Source: an uncultured Candidatus Saccharibacteria bacterium (GTDB lineage Bacteria; Patescibacteriota; UBA1384; XYA2-FULL-43-10; 1-14-0-10-43-13). Taken from it: a stretch of 64,000 bases of DNA. Made by a program: the position numbers and the translations under genes. Every line of letters starts with the position of its first letter. Position 1 is the first letter of the stretch. Positions 30,178 to 37,143 of this stretch are shown here, piece by piece. Location of the stretch: contig CAYOQP010000001.1 of NCBI GenBank assembly GCA_964406145.1, positions 7,706 to 71,705 on the forward strand, in the 5' to 3' direction. The notes under the pieces were generated by a model, which saw nothing but the letters and a program-made list of their open reading frames with translations, did no database searches and was not told the DNA's origin.

Positions 30178-31092
30178 TTACGATATTAAACTGGCGACTT
30201 CCCGAAGGTTGTTCCAGCCCTTTCGTAAACAAATAAAGTCGTGAGCGGTCAAATTGTTCCGCCTTTCGACAATAGAGAAATCTGCCTCGCCACTAGCATC
30301 AACCAGTAGATATAGGAGATCGCGATAGATCTCTTTGGAGACAGAGAGCATATCTTCGAGCGAACAAGGGATATCGCCCAAGATAGGCTCGTTCTCTACT
30401 CGGTGGTAGGTGGGACGACGACCGATTGGAGTAAACAGTTGGTGGCTTTGCCAACGAGAGTGTTCTCCCATTTTGGCCAAAACACGTCTAGCCTCGTAGA
30501 AGATTTCCTCCGCTGCGCCTCCGACCATAATCACTTCGTCCCAGTTTTCCGCCCCATCAACCTGGAGAGGACGGCGGCCGATCAGCGCAGAGAGTGGATC
30601 GCGCATATACCAAGCATGAGAAGCCATGTATTTAAGCGCTTCCCATCCGCCCCTGCGCTCAGCAAACTGCTTGATGCGGTCCCCTCCGTGCTGGGAAAGA
30701 TAGCTAGCCATTTCATCGATCATCAGCCACTCATCAGCCAATATCGGGCGATCGCGCAGGATTCGAACGGGCGCGTTGGGGTGGAAATTGGCGACATACG
30801 CTTCGAGGTATCGAATCGCTCGGTCGGCGAAATCCGCTACGAATGGCTCGAACCCCTGGCCAAGCAGAAGGGACGAATAGTTTTCCGCGAAATAGAATTC
30901 GACATCTGCTTTTGCTTTGTCATCAGCCATTTCACGAAGAAGTGCCAGAGCCGGTATAATATATGCAGGAAGCCGAACCGGCACCTCGCAGTTGGGATCG
31001 CAACCGAAACCGGTTACGATAATGGTCCTTCCGTTAAGACGGACAGGACGGGTATCCTTGGCGAAAAGGAATTTCGGGATGTTAAGGAGCAT
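30178..31092 (-). CDS. Hypothetical protein of unknown function. GC-elevated terminal gene of the yerC-like / dapF-like operon.
   Basis: 304 aa ORF, about 50-55% GC against about 35-40% in its flanks. SD GGGAGG 8 nt upstream of the ATG. Own terminator. No recognisable motif. The antisense frame is also open, consistent with high GC. Confidence 0.5.
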   Translation of the reverse strand: MLLNIPKFLFAKDTRPVRLNGRTIIVTGFGCDPNCEVPVRLPAYIIPALALLREMADDKAKADVEFYFAENYSSLLLGQGFEPFVADFADRAIRYLEAYVANFHPNAPVRILRDRPILADEWLMIDEMASYLSQHGGDRIKQFAERRGGWEALKYMASHAWYMRDPLSALIGRRPLQVDGAENWDEVIMVGGAAEEIFYEARRVLAKMGEHSRWQSHQLFTPIGRRPTYHRVENEPILGDIPCSLEDMLSVSKEIYRDLLYLLVDASGEADFSIVERRNNLTAHDFICLRKGWNNLREVASLIS

Positions 31093-31156
31093 CTGTTTTC
31101 CTCCCAGACAATCTCAAGCGTTAGCGTCTAACACTTGGTTTTTACCCAGGAAAAGA

Positions 31157-32029
31157 TTAAATTTCTAAAATATTTTCAGACAATATTTTCACTTCGCTCT
31201 CGACTGATATTTCCGATTTGCCTAAAAATATTTTTATTTTTTTTCCGCTTGGCTGAACAATCTCAAAGGATTTTTTGCCAGTAATTTTGCTTAATTGGTA
31301 AGCCAGGGCCACTGAAGCTGAGCCACAAGCTGTCTCGTAATAAATTGTATTGAGACAATTTACTCTGACTAATGGTAATATTTGGTAAGACCACCGATTT
31401 AATTTGCGGAAAGCCACAAAACCAGCTGCACCCCCCTGAGACAAATCCGGCAACTGCCGATAAATCTGATCAAATAAATCATTAAAACCCGCATTCTCAG
31501 CACTACTGAGGCCTTTATTCTGATCCGAAAATAATTTCTGAGCTGAAGGCGGCAGAATACTTAGATCGACAAGTATCTGTGAAATCCCAGTGAGAACGAC
31601 CCGAATACAATCGACAGCGAACGAGTCTAAAATCAACTTCTCTCCAGACAATTTTTGGATAATTTCGTAACCAAATTTCACCTTGACGCAGTAACTTCCA
31701 ATAAAGATATTGCTAACTTCCGCCTTGACTAAACTTGGTGATCCCGATGTTTTAAATATGACGGAAGATCTTCTAGACTTCAGGGCGATCAAAACTGCTG
31801 CACACCGAGTAGCGTTAACACAAAGCTCACCGTTGGCCATATTAAGATTTGGAATAATGCCACCAAAATTAACAAAACCAACCTGCTCAACTTTCATCCT
31901 TTGCACATATGGGTCAGCTAGAAGTTTTCTGGCCAAGCCAATCCGATCAGCAAAAGGAACTTTGGTCACAACTAGCGCGGTAATATTCCCTCCTGGATCA
32001 GCGATAATAAATTTGATTTTTTTCTTCAT
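31157..32029 (-). CDS. Diaminopimelate-epimerase-fold (DapF/PhzF superfamily) protein with a non-canonical active-site motif
   Basis: 290 aa. N-terminal FIIADPGGNITALV (DapF-like GxGNDF region). First Cys motif NGELCVNATRCA (DapF: CGNGxRC). Second Cys motif ETACGSASVALA. Confidence 0.5.
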   Translation of the reverse strand: MKKKIKFIIADPGGNITALVVTKVPFADRIGLARKLLADPYVQRMKVEQVGFVNFGGIIPNLNMANGELCVNATRCAAVLIALKSRRSSVIFKTSGSPSLVKAEVSNIFIGSYCVKVKFGYEIIQKLSGEKLILDSFAVDCIRVVLTGISQILVDLSILPPSAQKLFSDQNKGLSSAENAGFNDLFDQIYRQLPDLSQGGAAGFVAFRKLNRWSYQILPLVRVNCLNTIYYETACGSASVALAYQLSKITGKKSFEIVQPSGKKIKIFLGKSEISVESEVKILSENILEI

Positions 32030-32106
32030 TTTTTTTCCTTAAATACGAAAAAATCTCCCGGAGGAGATTTAATGCGGATAAAATATTAGTTTTTAGATAA
32101 ACGAAA

Positions 32107-32415
32107 TTACTCTAGCTTATCCAAAGCTAATTCATACCCGCCCATGCCATGATGTAACCAATAATTTATTCGAACAACTGTCGTAGTTGAAACGCCAATT
32201 TCTTTAGCAATATCACGGACACTTTTGCCCTCTTTGAGAAGTTTGGCCGCCAAAAATCTTCGACTCGCCTCTTCTATTTCCTCGATAGTCAGAAGATCAC
32301 GCAGAAAATTAGCCATACTGTCAGCACGGTCAATAGCGGCCAAAGCCTTGTAAAGCTCCTTAGCCGCTGGTGTTTTTAATGAATTTTCTAATTCTTTTTT
32401 CATTTCTCTCTTCAC
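32107..32415 (-). CDS. TrpR-like YerC/YecD family DNA-binding protein
   Basis: 102 aa. Trp-repressor fold signature TIEEIEEASRR..AAKLL..GKSVRDIAKEIGVSTTTVVR. Confidence 0.75.
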   Translation of the reverse strand: MKREMKKELENSLKTPAAKELYKALAAIDRADSMANFLRDLLTIEEIEEASRRFLAAKLLKEGKSVRDIAKEIGVSTTTVVRINYWLHHGMGGYELALDKLE

Positions 32416-32429
32416 CTGATTAGTATCAA

Positions 32430-32456
32430 TGTGTTAACACAATGATACAGTATCAT
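32430..32456. promoter_or_regulatory. Two adjacent perfect palindromes in the divergent promoter region; candidate operator for the TrpR-like regulator
   Basis: TGTGTTAACACA (32430-41) and ATGATAC-A-GTATCAT (32442-56), located 15-40 nt upstream of the yerC-like ATG. Confidence 0.4.
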
Positions 32457-32463
32457 TTTATCT

Positions 32464-32496
32464 TTGTCAATAGGTTATTGAAGTATTTGTTATAAT
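32464..32496 (+). promoter_or_regulatory. Promoter for the MBL-fold gene, extended -10 type
   Basis: TGtTATAAT (32488-96), with TTGTCA upstream at a non-optimal 21-nt spacing. Confidence 0.45.
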
Positions 32497-32527
32497 GAAC
32501 TTAAATAATTAATTTTCAGGAAAAAAA

Positions 32528-33094
32528 ATGGCCAAAATCAAAGTACTATTATCCGGTTTTACTAATGCTGATTGCCGAAAAAACGGCGAGGAAGAGATCA
32601 CTCGCTGCACTACTACACTAATTTATGCCGACAATATGATTATTTTGTCCGACCCTGGAGTATTGTCAGACCAGAAGATAATGATTGATGCCCTAAAAAA
32701 GGAGGGGTTGGGTGTTGATGATATTTCACACATCTTCATAACTCACTCTCACTTGGACCATTATCGCAACATCGGCATGTTTCCCAAGGCCAAAACAATA
32801 GAATTTTGGGGTATTTGGGACGGTGGAAAATGCGAGCCTTATTCAGAACATTTTTCTAAAGATTCAAAAATAATCAAAACCCCAGGACACAGCTATGATG
32901 GCCTAACTATGCTTGTCACCACAAGTGACGGCGTTGTCGCCATCGCTGGGGATCTCTGGTGGAGCAAAAAAGGTCCAGAAAAAGATCCTTTTGCCCTTGA
33001 TAATGAAATATTAAAAAAATCACGAGAAGAAGTTCTAGTTCTCGCCAATTATATAGTTCCTGGTCACGGAGATATATTCAAAGTTGTAAAATAA
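32528..33094 (+). CDS. Metallo-beta-lactamase-fold hydrolase
   Basis: 188 aa. THSHLDHYRN (HxHxDH) and downstream His/Asp ligands. Confidence 0.8.
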   Translation: MAKIKVLLSGFTNADCRKNGEEEITRCTTTLIYADNMIILSDPGVLSDQKIMIDALKKEGLGVDDISHIFITHSHLDHYRNIGMFPKAKTIEFWGIWDGGKCEPYSEHFSKDSKIIKTPGHSYDGLTMLVTTSDGVVAIAGDLWWSKKGPEKDPFALDNEILKKSREEVLVLANYIVPGHGDIFKVVK

Positions 33095-33100
33095 TATTTT

Positions 33101-33510
33101 GTGTGGGCGCGACGGTAAGTCTTTTACCATGGCGCCCACAGAATACGGGGACCAATCACTAGTCACCCCCATTTCTGGCGACCGGCCTCTTCCCCTTGTT
33201 TGAACCCCTACTGGGCTCTTTTTTCTTCGACGAGAATCTACGAGTAAGCCGCCACCACCAAATTTGCCAGGTCTCGATCCGACTCACATCATTGTTGCCG
33301 GACTTCCAGGCTTTGGCCGACTGATAGCAGCCGATAAAGCGAGAGTCACCCTCTGTGATCTCAAGCTGCCAGCTACCAGCAAAGAATCGACTAACGCCTA
33401 GATAACTCCCGGCGGGGACTTTGGTGTTGCCATTTGACGAACAAGCCTCAGTCTCCTCTTCTCTTAAGTTAAGCAGAAAGTGTGCCATACCGACTCCTTC
33501 CACAAGACTG
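33101..33510. other. GC-rich (about 55-58%) non-coding stretch with strong hairpins; candidate structured RNA or decayed remnant of acquired DNA
   Basis: No credible ORF on either strand. The only ORF is a 114-aa W/R-rich minus-strand frame. Begins with the 9-bp stem TGTGGGCGC...GCGCCCACA. Composition contrasts sharply with the flanking 28%-GC spacer. Confidence 0.3.
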
Positions 33511-33564
33511 TGTCTTTAGAGACAATAACACAAGAAAAAAAGCTATTCAATCAAATAAATACCT

Positions 33565-33593
33565 TTGACAAAAATATAAAAAAATGTTATGAA
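33565..33593 (+). promoter_or_regulatory. Sigma70-like promoter for the GC-rich isomerase gene
   Basis: TTGACA (33565-70), 17-nt spacer, TGtTATGAA (33585-93). AGGAG SD at 33672-76, 7 nt before the GTG start. Confidence 0.45.
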
Positions 33594-33683
33594 AATAACA
33601 TTGTCCTAACCGGCAAGTACAATTACATACATGCCGATTGACCAAGAAAAAATCTACTTGGCAATTGGAACAGGAGCACAGAA

Positions 33684-35171
33684 GTGTTAAACACCCCCGC
33701 CGTTAATCTCGGCATCGTTGGCGTCAGCCGGGATTGCTTCCCGATCGAACTGACCCGGACCCGTCTCGGCCAGTTGGCCGAAGCCTGTGGCGACCATGCC
33801 ACCCCGTTCACCACGATCATCGAGAGCGAACGCGATGTCGCATCTGTCCTCAAAGAGGCGCATGATCTCGGCACCAACGCGATCGCGATCTATCTCGGCA
33901 ACTTCGGCCCCGAAGGCCCACTGTCCCTCCTCGCCGAAAAGTTCGGTGGCCCCGTCATGATCTGTGGCGCCGCCGAAGAGAGCATGCACACCCTGATCCA
34001 GGGTCGTGGCGATGCCTTCTGTGGCATGTTGAACGCGCACTACAATCTCGGACTGCGCCGGAAGCGCGTCCACACCCCGCAGAATCCCGTGGGCCTGCCT
34101 CACGAACTGGCGATTGAGATCGCCCACTTCATCAAGGTCGCCCGCGTCGCCCTCGGCATGAAAAGCCTCAAGGTCTTCGGATTCGGCCCGCGGCCCCAGG
34201 ACTTCCTGGCCTGCAACGCGCCGATTCAGCCGATCTACAACCTCGGCATCGAGATCATGGAGAACAGCGAGCTCGACCTCCTGAGGCTCTACAAAGCCGT
34301 CGATGAGAACGATCCTGAAATCGCAGTGATCGCCGAAGACATGGCTGCCGAACTGGGCCAGGGTAACACCTACCCCGACCTGTTGGCCAAGCTGGCCCGT
34401 TACGAACTGGCACTGTCCCGCTTCTTCGACGCCAACCTCGGCATGAGCAACTATGCCGTGATGGCCGACAAGTGCTGGCCGGCCTTCGAGGCCGAATTCG
34501 GCTTCGTCCCCTGCTACGTCAACAGCCGCTTCGCCAAGCGCGGCATTCCCATCGCTTGCGAAGTGGACGTCTACGGCGCGATCAGCGAGTATATGTGCCA
34601 GCTCGCGAGCCTCGCACCAGCGACCCTGCTGGACATCAACAACACCGCCCCGACCGATTTGTTGGCCAAGCTCGGCCGCAACTTCGATCCGGGCAACTTC
34701 TGGATGGGTTTCCATTGCGGCAATACCCCGTCCTGCCAGATGAAGAGCTGCGCTATGGCCTACCAGCTCATCATGAATCGTCTGATGGAAGGTGGCAACA
34801 CGCCCGACATCACCCGCGGTACCCTGGAAGGCCAGCTTCGCCCCGGCGCGGCAACGATCTTCCGCCTGCAAGGGACATCGGACAACTATCTGGCCAGCTA
34901 CATGGCGGAGGGCGAGATCGTCGATCTCGATCCCATGAGCTTCGGCGGCATCGGAGTCTTTGAGATTCCCGACTTCGCCCGCTTCTACCGCCACGTCCTT
35001 TTGAGTCTGCGTTTTCCGCATCACACCGCCGTGGCCTTCGACCACTGCGGCGAGGTGCTCTATGACGCGACGAAGATGCTCGGCCTCGCCAACATCTTCA
35101 CGCCGAACCCGGCGTCGATCCCCTACGAGCGCGAGAACCCGTTCTCCCTCGCCCGGATCAGCGGCAAGTAA
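33684..35171 (+). CDS. L-fucose/L-arabinose isomerase-family (COG2407-like) sugar isomerase, on GC-rich island 3
   Basis: 495 aa, about 62% GC, GTG start. N-terminal VNLGIVGVSRDCFP...AIYLGNFGPE pattern of FucI-like proteins. Central acidic metal-site candidates CEVDVYGA. Antisense frame fully open, a GC artefact. Confidence 0.5.
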   Translation: MLNTPAVNLGIVGVSRDCFPIELTRTRLGQLAEACGDHATPFTTIIESERDVASVLKEAHDLGTNAIAIYLGNFGPEGPLSLLAEKFGGPVMICGAAEESMHTLIQGRGDAFCGMLNAHYNLGLRRKRVHTPQNPVGLPHELAIEIAHFIKVARVALGMKSLKVFGFGPRPQDFLACNAPIQPIYNLGIEIMENSELDLLRLYKAVDENDPEIAVIAEDMAAELGQGNTYPDLLAKLARYELALSRFFDANLGMSNYAVMADKCWPAFEAEFGFVPCYVNSRFAKRGIPIACEVDVYGAISEYMCQLASLAPATLLDINNTAPTDLLAKLGRNFDPGNFWMGFHCGNTPSCQMKSCAMAYQLIMNRLMEGGNTPDITRGTLEGQLRPGAATIFRLQGTSDNYLASYMAEGEIVDLDPMSFGGIGVFEIPDFARFYRHVLLSLRFPHHTAVAFDHCGEVLYDATKMLGLANIFTPNPASIPYERENPFSLARISGK

Positions 35172-35192
35172 ACAACTTCGCCGACACAACAA

Positions 35193-35231
35193 AGCACCCC
35201 TCTCGGTTCCCGGGAGGGGTGCTCGCTTTTT
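35193..35231 (+). terminator. GC-rich rho-independent terminator after the isomerase gene
   Basis: CACCCCTCTCGG-TTC-CCGGGAGGGGTG perfect 12-bp stem, followed by CTCGCTTTTTA. Confidence 0.7.
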
Positions 35232-35233
35232 AT

Positions 35234-36136
35234 CTAGAAACTCATCTGTCTTAGAATTTTGATTCTCTCCGCAATCGGCGGATGCGTTGAAAAAAGTTTT
35301 GCAAAATTAGAGATATTATTTTTATCCTTTTTACCAAAAGGATTGGCAATGTAAAGATGGGCTGTCGCTGAACTAGCATGAGCAAGCGGTTGATTGTAAG
35401 TGGAAATTTTTTCCAAAGCGCTAGCCAAACCTTCGGGATATCGAGTGAGCAATGCGCCATCTGCATCAGCCAGAAATTCTCTCTTCCTTGATATTGCTAA
35501 TTGGACCATCATAGCAATCAGAGGCGCTAATATTGCGGCAACTATACCCAAGATAAATAATAGCTGTCCATTGTCATTTCTATCACGATCGCGACCGAAA
35601 CCAAACCATTGTGATCTTAAGAAGATATCAGAAACAAGTGCAACCACAGCAACTAGAACGGCTACTATGGTCATTAGTCGAATGTCGAAGTTACCAACAT
35701 GACTAAGCTCATGCGCGATCACACCTTCGAGCTCAGATTTATTCAATCTCTCCAGAAGACCAGTTGTTACAGCAACCGAAGCATTTTTAGGGTCGCGTCC
35801 CGTAGCAAATGCATTTGGTGCCGGGTCGGAAATAATATAAACTTTTGGCATCGGCAATCCGCCAGCGATCGTCAGATTTTCAACTGCATTCCAAAGTATT
35901 GGATTGCCCGCCTTTTCGATCTCCTTGGCCCCAGAAGTCGCAAGAATTATTTTATCACCAGCAAAATAGCCGACTGAGGATTGAACCAAAGCAATAATAA
36001 CCGCAAAAATTAAAATTGCTGGCGAATCATATATATATGAAATAAGCCAACCAAGACCTATAACCAATAAGACAAAAACAAATATGAGAAAAAAGCTCCT
36101 CTTTTTATTCGAGTCAACTTGAGTCCAAAGATTCAT
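35234..36136 (-). CDS. M48-family (HtpX-like) zinc metalloprotease
   Basis: 300 aa. HELSHV zinc motif in GVIAHELSHVGNFD, flanked by TM helices. Confidence 0.8.
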   Translation of the reverse strand: MNLWTQVDSNKKRSFFLIFVFVLLVIGLGWLISYIYDSPAILIFAVIIALVQSSVGYFAGDKIILATSGAKEIEKAGNPILWNAVENLTIAGGLPMPKVYIISDPAPNAFATGRDPKNASVAVTTGLLERLNKSELEGVIAHELSHVGNFDIRLMTIVAVLVAVVALVSDIFLRSQWFGFGRDRDRNDNGQLLFILGIVAAILAPLIAMMVQLAISRKREFLADADGALLTRYPEGLASALEKISTYNQPLAHASSATAHLYIANPFGKKDKNNISNFAKLFSTHPPIAERIKILRQMSF

Positions 36137-36142
36137 AATATC

Positions 36143-36496
36143 CTACAAGATTTTAGTAAGACCACCGACAATCGGCAATATTCTTTCTTTGCCGGTGATG
36201 ACATTAACAATACCGCAAAACATAAGAAACAATATTAGCAAAGCAAATATCCAAGGCAAGAAAAGAACATAGAACGAGAAGGAAAACAGAACCCAAACAA
36301 ACAATAATGCTATGCCTTGACGAACATGAAATTGGACAAAGGGACTTTTTCTGGCAAAGAAAAGAGGAATCAGAACTAAAATATGAACATAAGACAAGAT
36401 TCCCATCACCGTCACTAAATTTATCTTCCGCAAATTAATCTTCGAAATGTCGAGCTTCTTGATTTTAATCTTGGGCAATACTACTTTGTTAACCAT
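36143..36496 (-). CDS. Small polytopic membrane protein (DUF4870/Tic20-like features)
   Basis: 117 aa. FVQFHVRQG motif between TM helices. Confidence 0.4.
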   Translation of the reverse strand: MVNKVVLPKIKIKKLDISKINLRKINLVTVMGILSYVHILVLIPLFFARKSPFVQFHVRQGIALLFVWVLFSFSFYVLFLPWIFALLILFLMFCGIVNVITGKERILPIVGGLTKIL

Positions 36497-36513
36497 TAAA
36501 TTCCTTGAAATTG

Positions 36514-37071
36514 TTATTTGCTAAAATCAACCTTGACTGGTTCCTTCGCCGCTTCTTCTGTAACTTCAAAAAGATCTCTCTTTTTGAATTTGAAAGCATT
36601 GGCAAATATGTTAGTTGGGAATGTCTGAATCGCGATATTAAGCTCGCGAACATTGGAGTTGTAAAACCTTCTGGCTGCCTGAATCTTGTCTTCCGTGTCA
36701 GTTAAATCTGCCTGTAACTGAGAGAAGTTTTGATTAGCCTTAAGATCAGGATAAGCTTCAGCAACAGCAAAAACTGATTTCAAAGCCTCGGCCAAGCCTG
36801 CCTCAGCCTTAGATTTGTCATTAATCGTTTTTGCGCCAAGTGCTTCAGTGCGAGCTTTTGTTACCTCTTCAAAAACACCTTTTTCATGAGTGGCGTAACC
36901 CTTAACAGTCTCAACAAGATTTGGTATCAGGTCGTATCGACGCTTCAGTTGAACATCAATATCACTCCAAGCTTCATCTGTTCGAACATTAAGAGTAACA
37001 AGACGATTATAAATTCCAATAATAGCGATGACGATCACCGCAACAACGGCTAGAATTATCCAAAATTCCAT
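36514..37071 (-). CDS. lemA: LemA-family protein
   Basis: 185 aa. N-terminal TM and the LemA core NRLV.L...DEAWS.IDVQLKRRYDLIPNLVETVKGYA.HE. Confidence 0.85.
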   Translation of the reverse strand: MEFWIILAVVAVIVIAIIGIYNRLVTLNVRTDEAWSDIDVQLKRRYDLIPNLVETVKGYATHEKGVFEEVTKARTEALGAKTINDKSKAEAGLAEALKSVFAVAEAYPDLKANQNFSQLQADLTDTEDKIQAARRFYNSNVRELNIAIQTFPTNIFANAFKFKKRDLFEVTEEAAKEPVKVDFSK

Positions 37072-37143
37072 ATTTCTCCTTTATTTATTATTCCTTAAGA
37101 GAATAATACTACTCGTTACAAAGGAAGTAAAGATGGTTTGGCT

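Noticed and set aside
30403-31131. 242-aa plus-strand ORF antisense to the 304-aa island 2 gene
   Set aside because: The minus-strand frame has the SD (GGGAGG), a terminator and an operon context. The plus frame has none and is a GC artefact.
33159-33503. 114-aa minus-strand ORF in the GC-rich non-coding stretch
   Set aside because: The W/R-rich sequence is unlike real proteins and lacks SD or promoter context. It is more likely a chance open frame in GC-rich non-coding DNA.
33101-33510. Possibility that the GC-rich non-coding stretch is RNase P RNA, tmRNA or SRP RNA
   Set aside because: Both strands were searched by eye for the RNase P P4 core (GGAAAGUCCGGGCUCC / ACAGAACCCGGCUUA), the tmRNA tRNA-like 3' end (GGUUCGAUUCC...CCACCA) and the SRP domain IV motif. 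None is present.
34472-34963. 163-aa R/P-rich plus-strand ORF inside the isomerase gene
   Set aside because: An alternative frame of a GC-rich coding region. The highly Arg/Pro-biased product is a frame artefact.
33687-35192. 501-aa minus-strand ORF spanning the whole isomerase gene antisense
   Set aside because: The open antisense frame is a typical artefact of 62% GC sequence. The product is low-complexity and Ala/Arg/Gly-rich with no motifs. The plus-strand frame has a promoter, SD, terminator and a recognisable protein family.
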